A DNA stretch of 62,651 bases, the filler included. It is 4 parts of 4 records of this genome, joined end to end, with 100 filler letters (N's around TTAATTAATTAA, not from the genome) between each part and the next. Parts side by side here need not be neighbours in the genome. Positions count along the whole stretch, not along the records: positions 1 to 31,887 come from SRR31156797_770; 3 more parts are not named here. One strand, given 5' to 3'. Numbering within the stretch: the first letter of the stretch is position 1; each line of letters starts with the position of its first letter. Positions 9,273 through 18,394 of the stretch are shown piece by piece. The notes under the pieces are model-generated. The model ran no database searches. It saw only the letters and a list, made by a program, of their open reading frames with translations, and was not told the origin of the DNA. Made by a program: the position numbers and the translations under genes.

Positions 9273-9305
9273 TATGAACATTATAACCATTGACGAGTGT
9301 TAACT

Positions 9306-10379
9306 ATGTTGGATGTCCTTATCAAGATTGTGGCCGAGTCCTGGCATGTGCTCGTAGATGCTGGACCGTACCTTTTATTTGGTTTTTTTGTTGCAGGTTT
9401 GCTCAAGGGATTTGTGCCGGATGAGTATATGGCTCGACATCTCGGGAAAAAGTCCGTGGGTTCAGTACTCAAAGCTGCCGTCGTCGGTATTCCGTTGCCG
9501 TTATGCTCATGCGGAGTGCTCCCTACAGCATTGGGGCTTCGTCGGCAGGGCGCAAGCAAGGGTGCGACAACTGCGTTTATGATCTCCACTCCTGAAACCG
9601 GCGTGGATTCCATGGCTGTGACGTATGCTCTCATTGATCCGATCATGACGGTTATTCGGCCTATTGCCGCATCTGTGACCGCTGTTTTTGCCGGTGTACT
9701 GGTTAATGCGTTTCCCGATAAGAAGGAACCGTTGCCTATGGCCAGTGTCGCGGCTGCGCCGGATGAATGCGGAGTGAAAAGCTGCGGTTGCGGTCATGAT
9801 CATTGTCGTCCAGCTGGTAAATCGAGTATTGGTGCCAAGTTTCGACTGGGGATGAACTATGCCTTCGGTGAAATGATAGCCGATATCGGCCGTTGGCTGC
9901 TGGTCGGTGTGGTTATTGCTGGAATCATTTCTGCAGTGGTGCCTTCAGATGCGTTGGATCAATATGTCGGAACCGGCTTCCTGTCGTATCTCGTCATGTT
10001 GGTCGTGGCTTTGCCATTGTATGTGTGCGCAACGGCATCTACGCCTATTGCCGCTTCTTTGCTGCTCAAGGGGTTGTCTCCGGGCGCGGCTTTGGTTTTT
10101 TTGCTTGCCGGTCCTGCCACCAATGGTGCAACCATCACGGTCATGCTTAAGACGTTAGGTAAGCGTGCGGCAGGTATGTATGTCCTGTCCATAGTGGTTT
10201 GTTCTTTGGCGTTGGCATGGGGTACGGATTTGCTTTATATCTCTCTCGGACTGGATATCACGGCTGTTGTTGGTGAAGTGAACGAAGTGACTCCGCACTG
10301 GTTGGGAGTGACATCCGCTGTGATCACCTTGCTTCTGGTCGCATGGAGTTTTGTGCGACCGCATTCTCATAATCATTAG
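9306..10379 (+). CDS. SO_0444-family (DUF318/ArsP-like) metal efflux permease
   Basis: PLPLCSCGVLP, FMISTPETGVDS, PLYVCATASTP and FLLAGPATN motifs; Cys/His-rich central loop. Confidence 0.88.
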   Translation: MLDVLIKIVAESWHVLVDAGPYLLFGFFVAGLLKGFVPDEYMARHLGKKSVGSVLKAAVVGIPLPLCSCGVLPTALGLRRQGASKGATTAFMISTPETGVDSMAVTYALIDPIMTVIRPIAASVTAVFAGVLVNAFPDKKEPLPMASVAAAPDECGVKSCGCGHDHCRPAGKSSIGAKFRLGMNYAFGEMIADIGRWLLVGVVIAGIISAVVPSDALDQYVGTGFLSYLVMLVVALPLYVCATASTPIAASLLLKGLSPGAALVFLLAGPATNGATITVMLKTLGKRAAGMYVLSIVVCSLALAWGTDLLYISLGLDITAVVGEVNEVTPHWLGVTSAVITLLLVAWSFVRPHSHNH

Positions 10380-10464
10380 ATTTTGAAGGCCTTTACTTTT
10401 TTGAGAATTAAAAGGGAGAGATTTTAAAATTATTATTTATACTGACGTAAAAGCGTCGAGAATG

Positions 10465-10503
10465 GGCGAAGGGTTGCACCTCTTCGCCTTTTCTTTCTTT
10501 TTG
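10465..10503 (+). terminator. Rho-independent terminator
   Basis: GGCGAAGGG-TTGCA-CCTCTTCGCC followed by a T-rich tail. Confidence 0.65.
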
Positions 10504-10545
10504 GTGCATGGTACAGGCTCTTTCGAAACCAAGAGGAAGAAATTA

Positions 10546-11472
10546 ATGAAAAAAGTCTGTATAGCCATTGCCTTGCTGTTTCTGATGAGCGTGTCTGCTC
10601 ATGCGGAGAATTTGAAAATTCGATTCGGCATCCTTCCGGTCATCGATACGCTGCCTTTACAGGTAGGTGTTCAGGATGGGCTGTTTGAAAAACATGGCAT
10701 TGATATGGAACTGATTCGGTTCGCGTCTGCGTTGGAGCGGGACACCGCCATGCAGGCAGGGCAACTGGACGGATATTTTGGTGATCTTATTGCCACATAT
10801 TTATTGATAAATCAGGGAGTGCCCATGCGCATTGCCTTGACTTCTTGGCGTACGACTCCCGGTTACCCCATGTTTGGCATCGCGTTGTCTCCGGCGAACA
10901 AAGATTGTGATATCGGCGACATGAAAGGGCGTACCCTTGGTTTGTCGAGATCCACCGTAATGGAATATCTCGCTGATAAGATGGAAAATCAACTTGGTGT
11001 GAACCGTGGTCATTTTTCTCTGCTTGAAATCAAAAAAATTCCCATTCGGATGCAAATGCTTATGACAGGTCAGGTGGACAGTGCTTTGTTGCCTGAACCG
11101 TTGCTTTCTCTAGCACGACTCAAGGGTGGGGCAACGTTGGCTACTGCCGAAAAACTCGATATGCCGCTGACGGTTCTTTGTCTGCATGATTCCTATTTTA
11201 CTGATGACGCCAAGGGATATACGGCGTTTATTGCTGCATACAAAGAGGCTGTACAACGTCTGGCTGATTCACCGGAAAAGTATCGGTCTCTTATGGCAAA
11301 GACCTGTCGCATTCCCAAGCCTTTGATGGCTGAATTTCCTGTGTACCCGTATCCCATGCCTTCACTGCCGTCCGCAGGTGAGCTGGACGAAGTCCAGAGC
11401 TGGATGATTGAAAAGGGTATCCTCAAGGTAAAAGTGCCGGACGAGACGGCTCTCTCTCCGGTTACCCCCTAA
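10546..11472 (+). CDS. ABC transporter substrate-binding protein (NitT/TauT, SsuA/THI5-like)
   Basis: Signal peptide; RFGILPVIDTLPL, AMQAGQLDG and ALLPEP; AGAGG RBS supports start 10546. Confidence 0.85.
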   Translation: MKKVCIAIALLFLMSVSAHAENLKIRFGILPVIDTLPLQVGVQDGLFEKHGIDMELIRFASALERDTAMQAGQLDGYFGDLIATYLLINQGVPMRIALTSWRTTPGYPMFGIALSPANKDCDIGDMKGRTLGLSRSTVMEYLADKMENQLGVNRGHFSLLEIKKIPIRMQMLMTGQVDSALLPEPLLSLARLKGGATLATAEKLDMPLTVLCLHDSYFTDDAKGYTAFIAAYKEAVQRLADSPEKYRSLMAKTCRIPKPLMAEFPVYPYPMPSLPSAGELDEVQSWMIEKGILKVKVPDETALSPVTP

Positions 11473-11475
11473 CGT

Positions 11476-12210
11476 ATGCTGACTGCTGAAAATTTGGGGA
11501 AATTGTACGACGGGCAGGCCGTTCTTGAAAATGTTTCCTTTTCTCTTGGGCAAGAGGAGACTCTGGCTGTTGTCGGGCCTTCCGGTTGCGGCAAGACAAC
11601 CTTGCTCTATTTGTTGAGCGGGCTTGCTGCGCCAGATACCGGGCGAGCTTTGCTTGAAGGTCGTCCCATTGATGCTCCATCCTCTGATATTTCCATTATA
11701 TTGCAAGATTATGGACTGTTACCGTGGCGAACCGTCATTGACAACGTGGCCCTTGGTCTCAAAGTGCAAGGCGTGGGCAGAAAAGAACGCATGGCGCAGG
11801 CCCGCGCACAGTTAACCGAGGTTGGGATTATTGGTCGGGATAACGATTTTCCCGCCAATTTGAGTGGTGGTGAGCAGCAGCGGGTGGCCATTGCCCGAGC
11901 TTTTGTCACCAGACCTCGGCTCATGTTGCTGGATGAACCTTTTTCCTCATTGGACGCCTTGACGCGAGAACGATTGCAGCGGGCTTTGCTCGACGCTTGG
12001 AAGGTTCGCAAAGTGCCATTTGTTTTGGTCACTCACTCTTTGGAAGAAGCCGTGGTGCTTGGAAAACGAATTATGGTCATGTCCGGCCGTCCGGCCAGTC
12101 CTGTGGCTGTGTTTGATAATCCCGGATTCGGTGATGCGTCCATCCGTGATACCGAGGCGTGTTTCTCGCTTTTGAAAAAGCTTAGGCATACTGTGGAGGA
12201 CCTATGGTAG
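11476..12210 (+). CDS. ABC transporter ATP-binding protein (NitT/TauT family)
   Basis: [36 protein letters not shown]. Confidence 0.93.
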   Translation: MLTAENLGKLYDGQAVLENVSFSLGQEETLAVVGPSGCGKTTLLYLLSGLAAPDTGRALLEGRPIDAPSSDISIILQDYGLLPWRTVIDNVALGLKVQGVGRKERMAQARAQLTEVGIIGRDNDFPANLSGGEQQRVAIARAFVTRPRLMLLDEPFSSLDALTRERLQRALLDAWKVRKVPFVLVTHSLEEAVVLGKRIMVMSGRPASPVAVFDNPGFGDASIRDTEACFSLLKKLRHTVEDLW

Positions 12211-12968
12211 GCCTGTGTAAAGCGTGTTTGCGGTACGGGGTGGTCATCCTTGTTATCGGTGTGTTGTGGAAACTCGCGGCGATAGGAATGGGTGGAGTCA
12301 TATTGCCACATCCTGAAGATGCGTTTCGAGCTTTTGTGTCGGCGATGCTGACGCGCGAGTTCTGGGAACATTTTTTCGTCAGTGGCTATCGCGCAGTGAT
12401 GGCGATGATTTTGGCATGGATTACGGCGTTTCCCCTTGGATTGATTATGGGGAGTATGAAGCGTGTTGATGCTATCTTCGCGCCATTTGTTTTTTTGACA
12501 TATCCTATTCCGAAGATCGTTTTGCTTCCGGTGTTTTTGCTTTTGTTGGGGTTGGGTGACAGTGCGAAGATCGCCATGATCGGGTTGATCCTCGGGTATC
12601 AGATACTCGTGACGACACGGGATGGTGTGCGTTCCATTCATCCGAAATATTTTGATTCCGTTCGCTCTCTCGGAGGTTCCCGTATGGATGTCCTGCGCGA
12701 GGTGCTGCTTCCTGCGGCTTTGCCCCATGGGTTTACCGCTTTGCGGCTGGGAACCGGTGTGGCTGTGGCTGTGCTCTTTTTCGTGGAATCTTTTGCCACG
12801 ACCAGAGGGCTGGGCTATATGATAATGGATGCTTGGGGAGCCATGGATTACCTGACCATGTTTTCCGGTATTCTGGGAATGAGCATGATGGGCGCGGCTT
12901 TGTATGAAATTGCAAATTTTTTAGAACGCAGGGCATGCAAATGGATGTTCTTGCGTATCAAAGATTAA
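12204..12968 (+). CDS. ABC transporter permease (NitT/TauT family)
   Basis: Multi-TM protein with PIPKIVLLP and the EAA-like loop SVRSLGGS...LLPAALP. Confidence 0.9.
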   Translation: MVGLCKACLRYGVVILVIGVLWKLAAIGMGGVILPHPEDAFRAFVSAMLTREFWEHFFVSGYRAVMAMILAWITAFPLGLIMGSMKRVDAIFAPFVFLTYPIPKIVLLPVFLLLLGLGDSAKIAMIGLILGYQILVTTRDGVRSIHPKYFDSVRSLGGSRMDVLREVLLPAALPHGFTALRLGTGVAVAVLFFVESFATTRGLGYMIMDAWGAMDYLTMFSGILGMSMMGAALYEIANFLERRACKWMFLRIKD

Positions 12969-12983
12969 CCGGAGGAAAAGATT

Positions 12984-13952
12984 CTGTCTTCCACCAAACT
13001 TGAATTTGACGACGGCCATATGGCGAGCCAGCTTTTTGGTCCACATAATCAGCATTTGAAGTTGTTGAGTGAGCGTCTTGGGGTAACCGTTGAAAGCCGT
13101 GGTAACACGGTCACTGTTGCGGCATCTGAAGGAGATGAAGCCAAGGCCGATTTGGCCGGTCAGGTTTTGTCGCAGTTGTATGCAATGATTCAGCGAGGCA
13201 AGTCCGTGCATCCGCAGGATGTGGATTTTGCCTGTCGCATACTTGAACGGCAGCCGACCGCTGATGTTGGTGAAGTTTTCAAAGGTGATGTTTACGCCAC
13301 CTCGGGCAAGCGAACCGTGTCTCCCAAGTCGTTGACTCAACGAGAGTATCTGGATGCAATCCATAATTTTGACATGACGTTCGGCATTGGTCCGGCTGGA
13401 ACGGGTAAGACATATCTGGCCGTTGCCATGGCGGTGGGTGCTCTTTCCCGTCGGGAGGTCAAACGGATCGTGCTGACTCGACCTGCTGTGGAAGCAGGGG
13501 AGAAGCTTGGTTTTCTGCCGGGAGATCTTGCGGAAAAAATTAATCCGTATCTGCGCCCACTGTATGACGCCCTGCATGACATGCTCGATTTTGCCAAAGT
13601 TCAGGATTATCAAGAAGCCGGGATTATTGAAATTGCGCCATTGGCTTTCATGCGTGGTCGTACTCTCAACGATGCTTTCATTATTTTGGATGAGGCTCAA
13701 AATACCACGCCGGAACAGATGAAAATGTTTTTGACCCGGCTTGGTTTTGGCTCCAAGGCAGTTATTACTGGTGACGTGACGCAGATCGATCTACCCATTC
13801 ACGCCAAATCCGGTTTGCTGCAGGCCCGAAAGATTTTGACGGGTGTCAAAGGCGTTAATTTTGTGACCTTTGATGAACATGATGTTATTCGTCATCCCTT
13901 GGTTGGTCGGATTGTTCGTGCGTATGATGTTCATGAAGGTAACGGTAAATAG
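12984..13952 (+). CDS. phoH: PhoH family ATPase (start probably non-canonical CTG at 12984; first ATG at 13020)
   Basis: GPAGTGKTYLA, RPAVEAGEKLGFLPGD, LAFMRGRT, DEAQN, GDVTQID, RHPLV. Confidence 0.93.
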   Translation: MSSTKLEFDDGHMASQLFGPHNQHLKLLSERLGVTVESRGNTVTVAASEGDEAKADLAGQVLSQLYAMIQRGKSVHPQDVDFACRILERQPTADVGEVFKGDVYATSGKRTVSPKSLTQREYLDAIHNFDMTFGIGPAGTGKTYLAVAMAVGALSRREVKRIVLTRPAVEAGEKLGFLPGDLAEKINPYLRPLYDALHDMLDFAKVQDYQEAGIIEIAPLAFMRGRTLNDAFIILDEAQNTTPEQMKMFLTRLGFGSKAVITGDVTQIDLPIHAKSGLLQARKILTGVKGVNFVTFDEHDVIRHPLVGRIVRAYDVHEGNGK

Positions 13953-13954
13953 TC

Positions 13955-14431
13955 ATGAGTGGCGCGGTCAAGATTGTCAGCAAGGCTCGACTTGATCCTC
14001 GATTCCCTTTGTCTCGAAGGGAATTGGAGGCGTTGTCTGATCTCCTTTTGGAGTCTTTGGGGCTGGAAGGACGAACGTTCTCCCTGACCTTGGTGGATGA
14101 TCGCGAAATTTCTTTGGTCAATGCGGAATTTCTTGGCTGTACGGGACCTACTAATATTCTTAGTTTCCCCGATTCGGGAGATACAGACGCGGAAATGGTG
14201 GTCGCAGATGATGACGGCAGTTCTTTGGGAGAACTGGTGTTATCGGTGGACACCTTGGCACGAGAGACCGAACTGTATGGTCAACAACCGTTGGAGCATT
14301 TGGCGCGGTTGTTGGCGCACGGCATATTGCATTTGGCCGGATTTGATCACAGTGACGAAATGTTTGATCTTACTGATGGCGCGGTGGACCGCATATTGCT
14401 TGAATATGGTGATACGGACGGCGGAGAATAA
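13955..14431 (+). CDS. ybeY: rRNA maturation endoribonuclease YbeY
   Basis: PTNILSFP, LGELVL and the HGILHLAGFDH zinc motif. Confidence 0.93.
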   Translation: MSGAVKIVSKARLDPRFPLSRRELEALSDLLLESLGLEGRTFSLTLVDDREISLVNAEFLGCTGPTNILSFPDSGDTDAEMVVADDDGSSLGELVLSVDTLARETELYGQQPLEHLARLLAHGILHLAGFDHSDEMFDLTDGAVDRILLEYGDTDGGE

Positions 14432-14433
14432 TT

Positions 14434-16008
14434 ATGGCGAGAGAAAAGCACATACGCGGCAAGGAACTCTATAGACTCGTATTTTACGGTGTGATTCTTG
14501 TCGTGGCGGCTATCGGGTCTCTGGCCTACTGGGGCGTGCGGGAAATTCGCCGCGATGCGGCTGTGGTTGCCGTGGAAAGTTCGGCTCGAGGGTTGTCCGG
14601 TGCGGTAACCGTTCTTCTCAACGCGGTCAGGAATTCGAACGATGAGATAAGTGATGGTACACTCTCCAGCTTGAAGCCAAAGGCTCTGCGCAAAGAATTT
14701 CGTGATCTGTTTGCCAAGCATTCATCCGTGAAAGCTGTCTTGGTCAGTGACGGGCAGGGGGTGATGTATATGCTCGCCAGACGAGGGCAAGGCATTGTGG
14801 AAGCCTTCCCGGATGAAGATCGAAGTTCACAGATGACATGGACCCTGTTCAAGAGTGACGGTTCAAGTGATACGTCGTTTACCGGATGGAGTTTAGACAA
14901 ACGCGCGATGGATCGTGTCCTGAGCGATGAATATTCCTACCTGAAGCCGGGGCAAGTCAATTGGCGGAGTGCCAGCAAGGCTTTTAATGCCCAAGAATCT
15001 TTGATTTCAGCTTCTTCATTGATGGAAACAATACAAGGCCGAAAGGTCATGGTATCGTTTGCATTTCCCGTGTCCGGCATTGTGTCGCAACTTGATGGTG
15101 CTGAACGGGGCGGTGCTGATCGTGTCTTTTTGTACTGGAATAATGGGACTGCCTTACCTGTAACCGGGTTGGGCGCTGGTGGAACTGCAATCAATCCGAC
15201 AAGTCGAGCTCTTTCCCCGTCTGAAATTACTGATCCCATAATTTCCCAAGCGGTGTTGAAGTTGGCTCAAATTGATAAAACGCCGCAGGCTCCTTTTTCG
15301 TTTGTTGAAGATGGAGAAGTTTGGTGGACTTATTCCCTGCCTCTGTCCATTTTTGGCGATACGATGTCACTTGGTGTTGTCCTTCCACGGAAAAATGTGA
15401 TTTCAACGTTGACCAGCGATACGTTTTTGCAAGGTGGTGCGGCCATATTGATCATTGTGGCTGGTTGGATTCTCTTTGTCCTGCACCGGAATCGTGGGAG
15501 AATCGAGGCGCTTGGTTTGCGTCGAGAAGCAGCTGTGAGCGAGGCGGAAGTCCTTGCTCTTGTTGCCTCTGGCGAAAGTGGGCGGTTGGAATTTAAGCAG
15601 ACACTCAGGTTTAATCTCAAGTCCGGGAAGAATGGGCGAGAGATAGAACATGCCAGTTTGAAAACCGTATCAGCATTTATGAATTCAGACGGCGGAACCT
15701 TGCTGGTCGGTGTGGCTGATGACGGGACTGTGGCTGGATTTGAAGAAGATAAATTTGGTACTGCTGATCACGCCCTTTTGCATTTCAATAATTTGGTTAA
15801 TCAGCATGTTGGTCCAGAATTCACCCGGTATATTGATACAACAATTATTCATGTGCGAGGGCAGGATATTCTTCGTATACACTGTGTCCCTTCTCCTACT
15901 CCGGCTATTCTGGATATGAAAAAGGGCGAAGAGTTCTATGTGCGAAGTGGCCCAGCCAGTCGGAGTTTGAGCCTGCGTCAATTTTACGAATGGCTCAAAG
16001 AACATTAA
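14434..16008 (+). CDS. Membrane protein: TM - periplasmic dCache-like sensor - TM - cytoplasmic Schlafen/AlbA_2 domain
   Basis: Two hydrophobic helices flank about 300 aa with Cache-like strand patterns; the C-terminus has ESGRLEFK...KTVSAFMNSDGGTLLVGVADDG...FYVRSGPAS, typical of AlbA_2. Confidence 0.82.
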   Translation: MAREKHIRGKELYRLVFYGVILVVAAIGSLAYWGVREIRRDAAVVAVESSARGLSGAVTVLLNAVRNSNDEISDGTLSSLKPKALRKEFRDLFAKHSSVKAVLVSDGQGVMYMLARRGQGIVEAFPDEDRSSQMTWTLFKSDGSSDTSFTGWSLDKRAMDRVLSDEYSYLKPGQVNWRSASKAFNAQESLISASSLMETIQGRKVMVSFAFPVSGIVSQLDGAERGGADRVFLYWNNGTALPVTGLGAGGTAINPTSRALSPSEITDPIISQAVLKLAQIDKTPQAPFSFVEDGEVWWTYSLPLSIFGDTMSLGVVLPRKNVISTLTSDTFLQGGAAILIIVAGWILFVLHRNRGRIEALGLRREAAVSEAEVLALVASGESGRLEFKQTLRFNLKSGKNGREIEHASLKTVSAFMNSDGGTLLVGVADDGTVAGFEEDKFGTADHALLHFNNLVNQHVGPEFTRYIDTTIIHVRGQDILRIHCVPSPTPAILDMKKGEEFYVRSGPASRSLSLRQFYEWLKEH

Positions 16009-16233
16009 AATATTTTACACGCTCATTTCAACGGGGGTATGCGTCTTTGTTTCGAAGAAAGGACTGATGCCTTTGAAATAGGTATTCCCTCGACAGGAGG
16101 CTTGGCCGCAAGCCCCGTTGTTACGCCGTTTTAAGAGTTTTTCCTTCATCCAAATTCCTTTACATTCATATTAATATGGGACACACTCCTGCTCTTTCCC
16201 TATAAATGGCAATCGAGATGGAGAAAACGTACG

Positions 16234-17133
16234 ATGCCCAAACATTTTTTGACCATTCTGGACATCCCCAGGGATGAGGCCAAGCAGGTTCTGCTCAGAG
16301 CTAAAGAGATGAAGGACAACAAGGTCCGTACTGATCTTTTGGCTGGCAAGACACTGCTCCTGATTTTTGAGAAAGCATCCACCCGGACCCGCGTGTCCTT
16401 TGAGGTGGGCGTGCGTCAGCTCGGTGGCGATCCTGTATTTATCGCTTCCAAGGATTCCCAGCTGGGCCGCAGCGAACCCCTCAAGGATACCGCACGGGTT
16501 CTATCCCGATACGCGGATGGTCTTATCGTGCGAACTTTCGGCCAGGAGAAGTTGGAAACCCTGGTCGAATACGGCGATATCCCGGTGGTTAATGCCCTGA
16601 CAGACGAGTACCATCCTTGTCAGATCATGGCTGATATGTTGACCATGTATGAGCGTACACCGAATCTGGAAGACCTCAAGGTCGCCTGGGTCGGTGACGG
16701 TAACAACATGGCACATTCCTTCATTAACGGTTCGGCTACATTCGGCTATGAACTGGTCATCGCTTGTCCGGAAGGGTACGACCCTGACCCGAAACTTTTG
16801 GATATCGGTGTGAACGCCGGAGCCAAGGTGTCGGTCGTACGAGATCCCGCCGAGGCTGTACGTGGTGCGCAGTATGTCAATACAGACGTATGGGCGTCCA
16901 TGGGCCAGGAAGAAGAGCAGAAGAAACGCGAGGCAGCTTTCGCCGGTTTTGAAGTCAATGCCGCCTTGATGGCCGGAGCAGCAGACAATGCCAAGTTCAT
17001 GCACTGTTTGCCTGTCCACCGCGGTGAAGAAGTTTCGGAAGCTGTGTTCGAAAGTCCTGCATCTATTGTTTGGGATCAGGCTGAGAACAGATTGCACATG
17101 CAGAAAGCCATTCTTGAATGGATTTATAAATAA
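16234..17133 (+). CDS. argF: Ornithine carbamoyltransferase
   Basis: [39 protein letters not shown]. Confidence 0.97.
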   Translation: MPKHFLTILDIPRDEAKQVLLRAKEMKDNKVRTDLLAGKTLLLIFEKASTRTRVSFEVGVRQLGGDPVFIASKDSQLGRSEPLKDTARVLSRYADGLIVRTFGQEKLETLVEYGDIPVVNALTDEYHPCQIMADMLTMYERTPNLEDLKVAWVGDGNNMAHSFINGSATFGYELVIACPEGYDPDPKLLDIGVNAGAKVSVVRDPAEAVRGAQYVNTDVWASMGQEEEQKKREAAFAGFEVNAALMAGAADNAKFMHCLPVHRGEEVSEAVFESPASIVWDQAENRLHMQKAILEWIYK

Positions 17134-17156
17134 TTGAGAGAAGAGAGATATATACA

Positions 17157-18389
17157 ATGAAAAAGATTGAGAAGGTCGTTCTGGCCTATTCCGGGGGATT
17201 GGACACATCCATCATCCTCAAGTGGATCAAGAACAACTATGATTGTGAAGTGGTGACCATGACCGCTGACCTTGGTCAGGGTGAAGAGATGGACGGCATT
17301 GAGGACAAGGCTCTTGCCACGGGCGCAGTCAAGGCCTACGTCGAGGATATGCGCGAGGAATTCGTACGTGACTATGTCTTTCCCATGTTCCGTGCAAACG
17401 CCCTGTACGAAGGTCGCTACCTGCTCGGTACTGCTATCGCCAGACCCTTGATTTCCAAACGTATGGTTGAAATCGCTGAAATGGAAGGCGCACAGGCCGT
17501 GTCCCACGGTGCCACTGGCAAGGGAAATGATCAGGTTCGTTTTGAGTTGGCCACCATGGCTCTTAACCCTCGGTTGCAGACCATTGCTCCGTGGCGTGAG
17601 TGGGAGCTCAAGTCTCGTACTGATCTCATGAACTTTGCCAAGGAAAATAGCATTGATATCCCGGTAAGCCGCAAGAAGCCGTGGTCCATTGATGCCAACC
17701 TGCTGCACACTTCTTTTGAAGGTGGCGAGTTGGAAGATCCGTGGAATGCTCCCGGCCCTGATTGTTACCGCAATATCACGCCGCCTGAGATGTGCCCGGA
17801 TGAACCTGAAGAGATTTCCATTGATTTCGAAGCCGGTGATCCCATTGCCATCAACAATGTTAAATATTCTCCGGCAGCCTTGCTGGCCAAGCTCAATGAG
17901 TTGGGCGGCAAGCACGGCATCGGTCGAGTAGACATGGTCGAGAACCGCTTTGTGGGCATGAAGTCCCGTGGTGTGTACGAGACTCCCGGCGGTACTATTT
18001 TGGCTGCAGCCCATCGCGATCTGGAAGGATTGTGCATGGACCGCGAGATGATGCATCTTCGTGATAGTCTCATTCCCAAGTATGCCGAGATGGTGTACTA
18101 TGGATACTGGTTCTCGCCTGAACGTGAGGCATTGCAGGCCATGATCGACAAATCTCAGGAAAAGGTCACTGGCACAGTGCGGGTCAAGTTGTACAAGGGC
18201 AATTGCGTGCCGTTGGGTCGTAAATCTCCGTTTTCTTTGTACAGCCCTGAATTGGCTACATTTGAAGAAGATTATGTATATGATCAGGCCGACGCCGAGG
18301 GCTTCATCAAGCTGGTGGGTCTCAGGCTCAAGGGCCGGATGCAGCAGTCCAAGTGGGGCGGCAAAGATACCGAAGACTCCTGCGAGTAA
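17157..18389 (+). CDS. argG: Argininosuccinate synthase
   Basis: [33 protein letters not shown]. Confidence 0.97.
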   Translation: MKKIEKVVLAYSGGLDTSIILKWIKNNYDCEVVTMTADLGQGEEMDGIEDKALATGAVKAYVEDMREEFVRDYVFPMFRANALYEGRYLLGTAIARPLISKRMVEIAEMEGAQAVSHGATGKGNDQVRFELATMALNPRLQTIAPWREWELKSRTDLMNFAKENSIDIPVSRKKPWSIDANLLHTSFEGGELEDPWNAPGPDCYRNITPPEMCPDEPEEISIDFEAGDPIAINNVKYSPAALLAKLNELGGKHGIGRVDMVENRFVGMKSRGVYETPGGTILAAAHRDLEGLCMDREMMHLRDSLIPKYAEMVYYGYWFSPEREALQAMIDKSQEKVTGTVRVKLYKGNCVPLGRKSPFSLYSPELATFEEDYVYDQADAEGFIKLVGLRLKGRMQQSKWGGKDTEDSCE

Positions 18390-18394
18390 AATAT

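Noticed and set aside
9306-10379. Selenocysteine or pyrrolysine recoding in the SO_0444 permease or elsewhere
   Set aside because: The Cys motifs are encoded as Cys, and I saw no in-frame TGA/TAG interrupting a conserved domain.
10380-10545. Riboswitch ahead of the NitT/TauT ABC transporter
   Set aside because: Only a terminator hairpin is evident; I recognised no TPP, SAM, FMN or cobalamin core motif. An Rfam scan would settle it.
12966-12968. Read-through fusion of the ABC permease to PhoH (same frame, single TAA)
   Set aside because: TAA is rarely read through and a strong RBS follows immediately, favouring independent initiation.
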